Assembly (NCBI GenBank): GCA_002422905.1
Contig: DITU01000173.1
Span: forward strand, 400-64,399
Reading direction: 5' to 3'
Length of the DNA: 64,000 nt
Source of the DNA: Verrucomicrobia bacterium UBA6176
GTDB taxonomy: Bacteria > Verrucomicrobiota > Verrucomicrobiia > Limisphaerales > UBA9464
Of the stretch, positions 1 to 8,710 are shown one piece after another (within the stretch, counting starts at the first letter, position 1; the number at the start of each line of letters is the position of its first letter). A program made the position numbers and the translations under genes. The notes beneath the pieces were generated by a model, which saw nothing but the letters and a program-made list of their open reading frames with translations, made no database searches and was not told the DNA's origin.

Positions 1-263
1 GTCGGACGGGTTATCCGGTGGTGTTTGATGCGACGCACTCGGTGCAGTTGCCGGGCGGGCAGGGGGACAGGTCCGGGGGACAACGGGAGTTTGCGCCGGT
101 ATTGGCGAAGGCGGCGGTGGCGGCGGGATGCGACGGATTGTTCATCGAGACGCATCCGGATCCGGACCGGTCGAAGAGTGACGGGCCGAACATGGTACCC
201 TTGGCGGAGATGCCGGGCTTGTTGAAGACGCTGGTGCGGATCCGGGAAGTGGTGGGGGGTTGA
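1..263 (+). CDS. kdsA: 3-deoxy-8-phosphooctulonate synthase, C-terminal part only (5' end outside window)
   Basis: Translation [24 protein letters not shown]...[24 protein letters not shown] matches the conserved KdsA C-terminus. The frame is open to the window edge. Confidence 0.85.
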   Translation, partial: RTGYPVVFDATHSVQLPGGQGDRSGGQREFAPVLAKAAVAAGCDGLFIETHPDPDRSKSDGPNMVPLAEMPGLLKTLVRIREVVGG

Positions 264-269
264 CCCGGG

Positions 270-632
270 TCAGTGGAGGAAGTCTTCGATCCGACGCCGG
301 TCGCGTTTGGTGGGGCGTCCGGCGCCGCGGGGACGGATTCCTACGGCAGCAGGTTCGGAGGGGTTGTCGGAGCGGGGCGGGGGCGGCGGGGTGAGGTCTT
401 CGGCGTAGATGGGGACGAGCGGGGCGCCGATGCGGGAAGGGGGATGCCCGATGACACGCAGGATGCGGTCGCGGTCGCCGACGCGGGCGACGACCTGGTC
501 ACCGGGATGGACATCGCGGGCGGGTTTGGCGGGGTTGCCATTGACGGCGACGTGCCCGCCGCGGATGGCGGCGACCGCGATGGAACGGCTTCGATAGAGG
601 CGAACGGACCAGAGCCACAGGTCGAGGCGCAT
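270..632 (-). CDS. hslR: S4-domain RNA-binding protein, heat-shock protein 15-like
   Basis: N-terminus MRLDLWLWSVRLYRSRSIAVAAIRGGHVAVNGNPAKPARDV is the typical Hsp15/S4 fold signature. ATG lies 3 nt after the zur stop, so it is probably the last gene of the znu-zur operon. Confidence 0.6.
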   Translation of the reverse strand: MRLDLWLWSVRLYRSRSIAVAAIRGGHVAVNGNPAKPARDVHPGDQVVARVGDRDRILRVIGHPPSRIGAPLVPIYAEDLTPPPPPRSDNPSEPAAVGIRPRGAGRPTKRDRRRIEDFLH

Positions 633-635
633 GGG

Positions 636-1163
636 TCAGTCAGTGGCAGCGGGATGGGCGGCTGGGATGACGGGGGATTGGGCGGGGGCCTGGGATTTCT
701 GGCAACGGGGGCAGAAGCCAAAGAATTCGAGGCGATGGGAGATGTCGGAGAAGCCGTGGCGAAGGGCGAGGATGCCTTCGAGTTCGCGGGTGAAGCATTC
801 CTCGACTTCGATGACGGTGGAGCAGGAGCGGCAGATGAGGTGGTGATGGTGATGATCCGAACCGTCGGTGATGAGTTCGAACCGGGCGGCGCCGTCACCG
901 AAATCGAACCGCTTCACGAGCCCCATTTTTTCGAGGGTGTGCATGTTGCGGTAGATGGTGGCGAGATCGCAGTCGGCCTTGCCGAGGGCGGCATGGATCT
1001 CGCGGTTGGTGAGGGGATGGGCGTGGCGACGAAGGACATCGAGGATGGCCTGGCGTGGAACGGTGACCTTGCGACTGCCGGCGCGGAGCTTTTCGGTGAG
1101 TTCGGTAAGGGGTTGCTGAACCAGCCGATGCGGATGGGAATGCTGGGAACAGGGCTGTTTCAC
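636..1163 (-). CDS. zur: Fur-family metalloregulator, Zur-like
   Basis: Winged-helix N-terminus (RQAILDVLRR...), His5 run followed by CRSC...CPRC (structural Zn site). GTGA overlap with znuB. Context with znuABC. Confidence 0.65.
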   Translation of the reverse strand: MKQPCSQHSHPHRLVQQPLTELTEKLRAGSRKVTVPRQAILDVLRRHAHPLTNREIHAALGKADCDLATIYRNMHTLEKMGLVKRFDFGDGAARFELITDGSDHHHHHLICRSCSTVIEVEECFTRELEGILALRHGFSDISHRLEFFGFCPRCQKSQAPAQSPVIPAAHPAATD

Positions 1164-1990
1164 GTCACGGGTTTAACCGGGGCGACCTCGCGTCGCAAGA
1201 TCCGGCCGGTGGTGGAGAGGATGAAGAGGGCGGTGAGGGTGAGGGTGATGGTGGGGCCGGTGGGGAGATCGAGGGGATAGGAAAGGATGACTCCGCCGGC
1301 GGCGCCGATGAGGCCGACGAGGAGGCTGAGGAGGATGTGTTGCCGGAGGTTGTGGGACAGGTTTCGGGCGATGGCGGGGGGAAGGACGATGAGGGAGGTG
1401 ACGAGGAGGATACCGAGGACCCGGATGGTGAGGGAGACCGCGACGGTGAGGAGGATGACGAAGGCGTAGTTGAGGTGGCGGACGCGGATGCCGGCGACGT
1501 GTGCGAGGTCCTCGTGAGCGGTGAGGAGGGCGAGCGGGTTCAGTTTCCAGAGGAGGCCTGTCATCACCACCACCGAGACTGCGGCCGCCACCCAGACATC
1601 GGTCCAGGCGACCGAGAGGATGTCGCCGAGGAGGTACTTATCGAGTTCGGACCAGCGGTTGCGTTGGAGGCTGAGGAGGACGACGCCGCCGGCGACTGAA
1701 CTGCTGAGGAGGACGGCCATGATGGTGTCGTTGAGCAACTGGGTGCGTTCCCGCAACCAGAGCATGGCCACCGCCACCAATGAACAGTACAGGAGGACGG
1801 GGATGGTCGGTTCATCAAACCCGGCCAGGAATCCTGCCGCCACCCCGGTCAGGGCCGCGTGGGAAATGGTGTCGCTGAAGAAGGCCATGCGACGGGCGGT
1901 GACGAACACGCCGAGGAAACCGCAGATCGGGCCGAGGGCGATGGCCACCAGGAGCGCCCGTTGCATGAAGGGTTCGGACAGGAATTCCAT
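1160..1990 (-). CDS. znuB: Metal (zinc) ABC transporter permease, ABC-3 family
   Basis: 276-aa polytopic protein with ABC-3/ZnuB-type sequence (FMQRALL...SHAALTGVA...LIVLPPAIAR). Operon position. Confidence 0.75.
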   Translation of the reverse strand: MEFLSEPFMQRALLVAIALGPICGFLGVFVTARRMAFFSDTISHAALTGVAAGFLAGFDEPTIPVLLYCSLVAVAMLWLRERTQLLNDTIMAVLLSSSVAGGVVLLSLQRNRWSELDKYLLGDILSVAWTDVWVAAAVSVVVMTGLLWKLNPLALLTAHEDLAHVAGIRVRHLNYAFVILLTVAVSLTIRVLGILLVTSLIVLPPAIARNLSHNLRQHILLSLLVGLIGAAGGVILSYPLDLPTGPTITLTLTALFILSTTGRILRREVAPVKPVT

Positions 1991-1997
1991 GGCAACC

Positions 1998-2801
1998 TCA
2001 ACGCTTGTGGAAACGGATGGGTTCCTCCCGGACGTCCGTGCCGGAATGGTGATGGTGGTAGGGCGTCACATGGATGCCGTAGGCGGCCTTGAGGGAATCG
2101 GCATTGAGGACTTCCTCGGGATGGCCCTGGCAGCAGATCACGCCGTTCAGGGCGAACACCCACGACGCATGGCGGAAGACCATGGCGAGGTCGTGGGAGA
2201 CCAGGACGACGGTGATGCCGAGGCGTTGGTGGATGGAGGAAATGAGTTCGTAGAAGGAATGTTCGCCGGGGGTATCGACGCCGGCAGTGGGTTCATCCAG
2301 CAGCAGGAGATCCGGTTGACCGAGCAGGCTGTGGGCGATGAGTACCCGCTGGAGTTGTCCGCCACTGAGGCTGGCGAGAGGGCGGTCGAGGACTGATTCG
2401 ACATCGAGATCGGAAAGGGTGCCGTGAAGGCAGGCATCGATGGTCTTTCGACGTTGCCAGAACCAATGGCGGGTGTCCGGCCGCCGGAGGGCGAGGAATT
2501 CGCGGACAGAGAGGGTGAAGGCGGGTTCGAGTTGGAGTCGTTGGGGGACATAGCCCACGCGTTTGAGGGATTTGGGATTGACTTCCTCCCCGAGCAGTCG
2601 GATCTCGCCGGCATCGAGCCGTTGCAGGCCCAGCAGACAGCGGAGCAGGGTGGTCTTGCCTGAGCCGTTCGGGCCGATCAACGCGACCATCTTCCCGCGG
2701 GGTATCCGAAGTGATACCCCTCGAAGCACCTCGGTCTCGCCGAGACGCACCCGGGCATTGCGGATCTCCACCGCCGGTGAATCTGGGATCGGTTCGGCCA
2801 T
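1998..2801 (-). CDS. znuC: Metal (zinc) ABC transporter ATP-binding protein
   Basis: Walker A GPNGSGKTT, signature LSGGQLQR, Walker B LLLLDEP. His-rich C-terminal tail (YHHHHS). Confidence 0.8.
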   Translation of the reverse strand: MAEPIPDSPAVEIRNARVRLGETEVLRGVSLRIPRGKMVALIGPNGSGKTTLLRCLLGLQRLDAGEIRLLGEEVNPKSLKRVGYVPQRLQLEPAFTLSVREFLALRRPDTRHWFWQRRKTIDACLHGTLSDLDVESVLDRPLASLSGGQLQRVLIAHSLLGQPDLLLLDEPTAGVDTPGEHSFYELISSIHQRLGITVVLVSHDLAMVFRHASWVFALNGVICCQGHPEEVLNADSLKAAYGIHVTPYHHHHSGTDVREEPIRFHKR

Positions 2802-2804
2802 GGC

Positions 2805-3815
2805 TCAACGGAGGGCTGCCTGCAGTCGGGCCAGATTGCTTCGCATGCCGTCCTCATAGAACGACGCCGACGCCTTACCCGTTTCCAACACGTCGAGTTC
2901 GGCGAATTGAACCCCCAGATCGCGACTGAGTTGATGAACCAACCGCGGACTGAACTGCGGTTCGGTGAAGATGACCCGCACATTGCGGGCACGGATCACG
3001 CGGGAAAGACGGGTCAGATAGCGGGGGGACGGATTCACGTGCGGGATCTCCTCCACCACGCCGGCGAGGGTCAGGTTGTAGCGCCGGCAGAAATACGGGA
3101 AAGCGTCGTGGTAGGTGACGATCGCCTTGTTGGGCAGTGGATCGAGGGTGGACTCGAACTCGCGATGCAGGGTGAGCAGGCGCTGGACGTAATCGGCGGC
3201 GCGCCCTGCATAGGCGGCGGCATTCGCGGGGTCAGCCTTCTGGAGGGCCACGAGGATGTTCGTCACACCCTGGGCGGCGAGGAGGGGATCGAGCCACACA
3301 TGGGGATTGGGAATCCCACCCGCCGCCCCGTGATCGTGGCTGTGGGAGTGACCGCTGCGGGCCGCGTCGGGATCCAGACTCAGGGTGGGAACCTCGTAGA
3401 TGAAGTCGGCCTTCATGCCGGCCGAGGTCAGGACGAGACCTTCGGCCGAGGCGGGAGAATTGGCCTGGATGGCCTTTTGAAGCCAGTCATCGATGCCGAG
3501 ACCGTTGGCGATGATGAGGTCGGCGCGACGGATCCTCTGGATGTCCTGGGGGCGCAATTGGAAGTCGTGGGGGCCGACATCGCCGGGCAGCAGCAACTCC
3601 ACGTCGGCGTCGGGGCCTGCGATGTTGAGGGTCCAGGAGTGGATGGGGGCGAAGGTGGCGAGGATCTGCAGGCGCTTGGCCGGGGGTGGGGAGGCGGGTT
3701 GGAGATCTGCGGCGAAGAGACGGGTGAAGAGGAGGAAGAAGGGGAGGAAGCCGGCGAAGAGGGACCCGGAGAGGACCGGATGAAAGGGCCGGCGAAGAGA
3801 GGCGGCGCGGTGCAT
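2805..3815 (-). CDS. znuA: Metal (zinc) ABC transporter substrate-binding protein, TroA/ZnuA-like
   Basis: Signal peptide, cluster-9 SBP-like sequence, and the His/acidic loop GHSHSHDHG typical of zinc-specific ZnuA. Confidence 0.75.
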   Translation of the reverse strand: MHRAASLRRPFHPVLSGSLFAGFLPFFLLFTRLFAADLQPASPPPAKRLQILATFAPIHSWTLNIAGPDADVELLLPGDVGPHDFQLRPQDIQRIRRADLIIANGLGIDDWLQKAIQANSPASAEGLVLTSAGMKADFIYEVPTLSLDPDAARSGHSHSHDHGAAGGIPNPHVWLDPLLAAQGVTNILVALQKADPANAAAYAGRAADYVQRLLTLHREFESTLDPLPNKAIVTYHDAFPYFCRRYNLTLAGVVEEIPHVNPSPRYLTRLSRVIRARNVRVIFTEPQFSPRLVHQLSRDLGVQFAELDVLETGKASASFYEDGMRSNLARLQAALR

Positions 3816-3850
3816 GGCAATGAGGCGAGGCTAGGGAGGAAGAGTCCGTT

Positions 3851-3865
3851 TGCAAAGCGCTTGCA
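3851..3865 (-). promoter_or_regulatory. Inverted repeat TGCAA-N5-TTGCA upstream of znuA (candidate operator)
   Basis: Lies 36-50 nt upstream of the znuA start, between the rpsR terminator and znuA. It does not resemble AT-rich Zur boxes known from other phyla. Confidence 0.2.
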
Positions 3866-3878
3866 CCTGACTGGAAAC

Positions 3879-3907
3879 AAAAAAAACCGCCGGGTTATGC
3901 CGGCGGT
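3879..3907 (-). terminator. Intrinsic terminator after rpsR
   Basis: Minus strand reads ACCGCCGG-cataac-CCGGCGGT followed by a U-tract; together with the last stem T this gives 8 consecutive T. Perfect 8-bp GC-rich stem. Confidence 0.85.
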
Positions 3908-3928
3908 CTGTGGGGTGGCGGAAGCTGG

Positions 3929-4177
3929 CTACTTGATGAGCAGCATCTGCCGGGCGCGCTTGATGGCGGTGGTCAGACGGCGCTGGTAGGTGGCAGGCAA
4001 TCCGGTGTACTTGCGGGGCAGCAACCGTCCATTTTCCGTCACGAACTGCTTGAGCAGGTTGACGTTCTTGAAGTCGATGGTTGCGAGGGTGAAGTCGATC
4101 TTGGGCTTGGGTCGCGGAGTACGCGGACCGGCTGCACGACGCTTCTTCTTCTCTTCGAGACTGGTCTTGCGGGGCAT
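3929..4177 (-). CDS. rpsR: 30S ribosomal protein S18 (no cysteines)
   Basis: [47 protein letters not shown] matches the conserved S18 core. Confidence 0.9.
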   Translation of the reverse strand: MPRKTSLEEKKKRRAAGPRTPRPKPKIDFTLATIDFKNVNLLKQFVTENGRLLPRKYTGLPATYQRRLTTAIKRARQMLLIK

Positions 4178-4180
4178 GGC

Positions 4181-4348
4181 TTACTTGATTTCGCGGTGGA
4201 GGGTGTGGCGACGAAGGAAGGGGTTGAACTTCTTTTTCTCCACCTTCTCGGTCTGAAGCTTCTTGTTGCGCGAAGTCTGGTAGCGGGAAGGCGGCTTGCC
4301 CTCTTTTCGCGCCTCCGTGCACTCAATGGTCACGATCTCACGTGGCAT
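4181..4348 (-). CDS. rpmG: 50S ribosomal protein L33 (55 aa, single Cys; below the ORF-track size cut-off)
   Basis: My translation is [55 protein letters not shown]. It shows the L33 hallmarks (TxxNKK, KKFxP, HxE.K). It lies 3 nt upstream of rpsR and 6 nt downstream of the dksA-like gene. Confidence 0.85.
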   Translation of the reverse strand: MPREIVTIECTEARKEGKPPSRYQTSRNKKLQTEKVEKKKFNPFLRRHTLHREIK

Positions 4349-4354
4349 AAACTG

Positions 4355-4957
4355 TTATTCCTTTTCCTTGGCAGGCTTTTCTTCGATCTCGACATCGTCG
4401 TCGTCCATATCCACCCCGGAGCCGGACTCAACCGAGCCCAGAGAGCCGAGGCGGTTGCGGGACCGCAGGGCGCCTTCCTTTTCGAGCTGAGCCTGGGCTT
4501 CCACCGTGAAACGGGTCCACGGGATGGCATCCAGACGGGCTCTTGGGATGACGTTGTTGGTCAACTCACACACCCCGTAGGTGTGTTTCTCGATGCGCTT
4601 CAGGGCCTCTTCGATCTCGTAAATCGCATCCTGATCGGATGAGAGGAGCGAGAGTGCGAAGTCCCGATCGAAATTGTCTGTCCCTGAGTCACCCATGTGG
4701 AGGGAGTAATTCTCCATCTCAGCCTGGGATTCCTTGGCGAGTCCGCTCATCTGGTTGCGGAGGCGTTCGTGGAGTTCGAGAAGGTTCTGATAATACTTCT
4801 GCCACTCCGGTTTGACCTTGCTGGCGGGAGTCCATGCGATGGCGGAGGACTTGCCATGCTTGGCCTGGGGTCGACCGAGGATGGCGGCGGCACTGGCAGC
4901 GCCGACGGACTTCCCCTTGACCACGGGCTTCTTGGGCGTGCTTTTTTTGCCAGACAC
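4355..4957 (-). CDS. DksA/TraR-family protein lacking the Cys4 zinc finger
   Basis: Coiled-coil region plus C-terminal YGVCELTNNVIPRARLDAIPWTRFTVEAQ aligns to the DksA zinc-finger region, but only one Cys remains. GTG start. Confidence 0.7.
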   Translation of the reverse strand: MSGKKSTPKKPVVKGKSVGAASAAAILGRPQAKHGKSSAIAWTPASKVKPEWQKYYQNLLELHERLRNQMSGLAKESQAEMENYSLHMGDSGTDNFDRDFALSLLSSDQDAIYEIEEALKRIEKHTYGVCELTNNVIPRARLDAIPWTRFTVEAQAQLEKEGALRSRNRLGSLGSVESGSGVDMDDDDVEIEEKPAKEKE

Positions 4958-5073
4958 AGCGTGACGTGAGCAGAGGTTTTACAGTGACGCCCCGATGCCA
5001 ACCAGACTTCCACATGAGGTCTGACCACCGGAACGAAGGCCGCGGAAATTACCAAACGACTTCGTATATGCCA

Positions 5074-5574
5074 TTACTTTTTTGTCTTTTCGTCCCCGGT
5101 CGGGATTTGCCCCGGGCCCAATCGGGAACGGATCCGTTCCACCCGGGCCCGATTGGCTCCGAGATCGCTGTGGCCGATCCGGGACGCGGAACGGACATGG
5201 ATCACCCGGGCCCCGGTATCCACCCACCATTCCAGGTCATCGACGAAGCGCAGCCAGGGGGTGACTGCTTCGAATCGGAGATAGCCCGGGGAGGCGTCGA
5301 CCTGGGTGACGCCGCGTTCGGCGACGGTGGCCCGGTGGATTGCAGCGAGGCTGGCTTCGGGATCGTCGGGGTTGGGCCACGGGAAGGGGTCGATGCGATG
5401 GCGGGGTGAATCCGTCTGGCTTGAGACGGCATTGGGTGAATCAGGGCAGGGACTGAGTTGGCCCTGTGAAACGCCGAGTGTGGGTCTAGCGCCGCGAGGC
5501 ATCCATTTCCAGAGGGAGCCGGCGACCAGAACGAGGAGGAAGAGGGCGATCCAGCGCAAGTGCATGGGATTCAT
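5074..5574 (-). CDS. DUF1499 domain protein (membrane-anchored)
   Basis: N-terminal TM, then ...RFEAVTPWLRFVDDLEWWVD...IHVRSASRIGHSDLGANRARVERIR, the characteristic DUF1499 pattern. Confidence 0.6.
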   Translation of the reverse strand: MNPMHLRWIALFLLVLVAGSLWKWMPRGARPTLGVSQGQLSPCPDSPNAVSSQTDSPRHRIDPFPWPNPDDPEASLAAIHRATVAERGVTQVDASPGYLRFEAVTPWLRFVDDLEWWVDTGARVIHVRSASRIGHSDLGANRARVERIRSRLGPGQIPTGDEKTKK

Positions 5575-5745
5575 GAGACGAATGGGAGGGAAGCGGGTGT
5601 CGGAGGGGAGTCTTGGGGTTGAAAACGAAGGATCTCAACGGGCTACTGGTTGTACGCGTTTGACTTTCGAGGGTGGGCCACCCTTAACTCACCGCGCTCT
5701 TCCCCGGTCTTCACGGTGCTTGGCCGGACGAGAACGGAGACGATT

Positions 5746-7458
5746 GTGGCTGCAAAAGACGATTTCCTCATCGATACGATGGTCGACATGGGTTTGGTGA
5801 CCCGCGACCAGGTGGATTCTGTCCAGGCGGACGCCGAAGCTGCGGGGGAGGGTTTACTGGACACCCTGGTTCAGCAAGGCCAGTTGGACGTGTCCATGGT
5901 GGTGATGGCCAAGGCCACCTATTTCGGGGTGGAATCGATCCAGCTGTCGGACCTCCGGCTTTCTGACGCGGTGATTGCGGCCGTTCCGCGGCATGTGGCG
6001 AAGAAGTACAACGTGGTACCGGTGGCGGTGAACGACGGCATGGTGGCGGTGGCGGTGAGTGATCCGTCGGACATCGAGGCGATCGACGGTCTGCAGGTGT
6101 CCATCGGCAAGACGATCGAGTTGCGGGTGGCGAGTGCGGCGGAGATCGAGGAGGCACTGGCCAAGTACTACGGAGGGGCCGGGCGCGACGACGGTGGGAT
6201 CGCGCAGATGATCCAGGACATCACCGAGGGTGAGGTCGAGATCACCCAGATGAAGGGGGACGTCAATTCGGACGGCGACATCGTCGAGACCGACGCGCCG
6301 ATCATCCGGTTGGTGAACCAGATCATCGTGGACGCCTTCAAGATGCGGGCGTCGGACATCCATCTGGAGCCGATGGCGAAGCGGTTCCGGGTGCGGTACC
6401 GGATCGACGGCATGTTGATCGAGCAGAAGGATCCGCCGAAGCGGTTGCAGCCTCCGATCATTGCGCGGTTGAAGATCCAGTCCGGCATGAGCATTGCCGA
6501 GAAGCGCATCCCGCAGGACGGCCGGATCCAGACCAACGTCGGGGGCAAGACCATCGATCTTCGTGTCAATGCCATCCCGACCCAGCATGGCGAATCGATC
6601 GTCATGCGTATCCTGGACAAGGAGGGATTGCGGTTGGGGTTGGCGGAATTGGGTTTCTACGCGGATGACCAGCAGACCTTTGAACGCCTGATCGCCCTGC
6701 CGGACGGGATCCTGCTGGTGACCGGACCGACCGGTTCGGGGAAGACGACGACGCTTTACTCCTGTCTCAACTACATCAACCGGCCGGATCGCAAGATCAT
6801 CACGGTGGAGGATCCGGTCGAGTACATGTTGGCCGGGATCAACCAGGTGCAGGTGAATGAGATCATCGGGTTCACCTTTGCGTATGCGCTGCGCTCGATG
6901 CTTCGTCAGTCGCCGAACGTGATCATGCTGGGTGAGATCCGCGACATGGAGACGGCGACGATCGCGATCAACGCCTCGCTGACGGGTCACCTGGTGTTTT
7001 CCACGCTGCACACCAATGACGCACCGGGGGCGGTGACCCGTCTGATCGACATCGGGATCAAGCCGTTCCTTGTGGCATCTGCGACCCGTTGCCTGATGGC
7101 CCAGCGTCTGGTGCGCAAGGTGTGCAAGAACTGTGCGGCGCCGACGGTTCTGGACGAGAACGAATGCCGGTCATTGAACATCACGCCGGAGATGCTGGCC
7201 GGGGCGAACCCGAAGCGTGGAAAGGGATGTCCGACCTGCAACAAGACGGGGCACAAGGGCCGGTTTGGCATCTTCGAGATCTTCATCATCAATGATCAGG
7301 CGCGGAAGATGATCTTCGACAAGGTTCCGGCTAACCTGTTGCGGAACAAGGCCCGGGAGATGGGCATGCGTTCCCTGCGCGAGGATGGCACCCGCAAGGT
7401 GCTGGCGGGCCTGACCACGGTGGATGAGGTGGTGCGGGCGACGGTTGTGGAGCATTGA
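5746..7458 (+). CDS. GspE/PilB-family secretion/pilus assembly ATPase (copy 1)
   Basis: T2SSE_N-like N-domain, Walker [11 protein letters not shown], Asp/His boxes, tetracysteine CKNC...CPTC. Start set at the GTG preceded by GGAG. The ORF is open to TTG 5650, and ATG 5779 is an alternative start. Confidence 0.85.
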   Translation: MAAKDDFLIDTMVDMGLVTRDQVDSVQADAEAAGEGLLDTLVQQGQLDVSMVVMAKATYFGVESIQLSDLRLSDAVIAAVPRHVAKKYNVVPVAVNDGMVAVAVSDPSDIEAIDGLQVSIGKTIELRVASAAEIEEALAKYYGGAGRDDGGIAQMIQDITEGEVEITQMKGDVNSDGDIVETDAPIIRLVNQIIVDAFKMRASDIHLEPMAKRFRVRYRIDGMLIEQKDPPKRLQPPIIARLKIQSGMSIAEKRIPQDGRIQTNVGGKTIDLRVNAIPTQHGESIVMRILDKEGLRLGLAELGFYADDQQTFERLIALPDGILLVTGPTGSGKTTTLYSCLNYINRPDRKIITVEDPVEYMLAGINQVQVNEIIGFTFAYALRSMLRQSPNVIMLGEIRDMETATIAINASLTGHLVFSTLHTNDAPGAVTRLIDIGIKPFLVASATRCLMAQRLVRKVCKNCAAPTVLDENECRSLNITPEMLAGANPKRGKGCPTCNKTGHKGRFGIFEIFIINDQARKMIFDKVPANLLRNKAREMGMRSLREDGTRKVLAGLTTVDEVVRATVVEH

Positions 7459-7529
7459 ACACCCGGCAAGAGATCTGCTCCCCTGATCCCGATTCCTGAC
7501 CAGTTCCGAATCACCCCATTTTTCAAATC

Positions 7530-8642
7530 ATGTCCTATCAGATGTCCGACCTGTTGCAGTTGATGGTGTCCGAAGGGGGCGCCGATCTGCATGTGCGTGT
7601 GGGGATTCCCCCGGTCATTCGCATCCATGGCGTCCTGCAACGGGTGGACGGTCCGCCGTTGCGACCGGAGGACACGGAAGAGTTGATGCGATCCATCACG
7701 TCCGAGGATCACGTCCAGCAGATCCGGGAAAAGGGCGGCGCGGATTTCGGTTTCGCGTTCGGGGAGATGGCGCGGTTCCGGGTTTCGGCGTTCAAGGAGA
7801 AGGGGAACTTTGCGATCGTCCTGCGTCAGATCCCGTCGAAGTTGCTGACGATGGAGCAGATTGGCATTCCCCAGTCTGTCCGGGAGTTGCTTTACAAGCC
7901 GCGCGGACTGGTCCTGGTGACGGGGCCGACCGGGTCCGGCAAGACGACCACGCTGGCGTCCATGCTCAACATCATCAATGAGGAGAGCAACCACGCCCAC
8001 ATCATCACGATCGAGGATCCGATCGAGTATTATCACAAGCACAAGAAGGCGGTGGTGACCCAGCGAGAGGTCAACGTGGACGTGCCGAACTTTGCCGAAG
8101 CGTTGCGTCGGGCATTGCGGCAGGACCCGGATGTGATCCTGGTCGGCGAGTTGCGGGATCTGGAGACGATGGAAGCGGCGATCACGGCGGCTGAAACGGG
8201 CCATTTGGTGTTCGGCACCCTGCACACCACCGGCGCGGCCAAGACGATTGACCGGATCGTCAACGCCTTCCCCCAGAACCAGCAGGAACAGATCCGGATC
8301 CAGCTTTCCACGGTGTTGCAGGCGGTGATCTCCCAATTGCTGGTGCCGCGGGTGGACAAGCCGGGTCGGGTGGCGGTGTTCGAAGTGATGGTCAACACCC
8401 CTTCGGTCGGCGCCCTGATCCGCGACAACAAGACCTTCCGGATCCAGTCGGACATCCAGACGGGTGCCAAGTGGGGCATGGTCACGCTGGATTCATTCCT
8501 GATCGACAAGTGGACGCAGGGGTTGATCTCGGAGGAAGACGTGGTGACCAAGGCCCAGGACCCGACCACGATCCATCAGAAGGTGCAGGAATTGAAACAG
8601 GCCCGGGCCGAGGCTCAGTCGCGCCGCAAGCCGGGCACCTGA
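7530..8642 (+). CDS. pilT: Type IV pilus retraction ATPase PilT
   Basis: About 370 aa with no N-terminal extension, [10 protein letters not shown], and a PilT-type motif ([14 protein letters not shown]). Confidence 0.85.
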   Translation: MSYQMSDLLQLMVSEGGADLHVRVGIPPVIRIHGVLQRVDGPPLRPEDTEELMRSITSEDHVQQIREKGGADFGFAFGEMARFRVSAFKEKGNFAIVLRQIPSKLLTMEQIGIPQSVRELLYKPRGLVLVTGPTGSGKTTTLASMLNIINEESNHAHIITIEDPIEYYHKHKKAVVTQREVNVDVPNFAEALRRALRQDPDVILVGELRDLETMEAAITAAETGHLVFGTLHTTGAAKTIDRIVNAFPQNQQEQIRIQLSTVLQAVISQLLVPRVDKPGRVAVFEVMVNTPSVGALIRDNKTFRIQSDIQTGAKWGMVTLDSFLIDKWTQGLISEEDVVTKAQDPTTIHQKVQELKQARAEAQSRRKPGT

Positions 8643-8710
8643 ATCGACTTCGAGGTGCGTCTCCAACCAACCCAGCTTTCCCTCCCACCCATCCCACCCA
8701 CCCGAGCATC

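Noticed and set aside
4958-5073. Canonical Zur box upstream of the dksA-like/rpmG/rpsR operon
   Set aside because: No AT-rich 7-1-7 type palindrome is visible; there are only a GTGACG direct repeat and weak hairpins. The Zur motif of this phylum is unknown to me, so the absence is not conclusive.
8471-8710. Upstream extension of the second PilB-like ORF
   Set aside because: It overlaps the 3' end of pilT in another frame. The conserved N-domain starts at ATG 8711.
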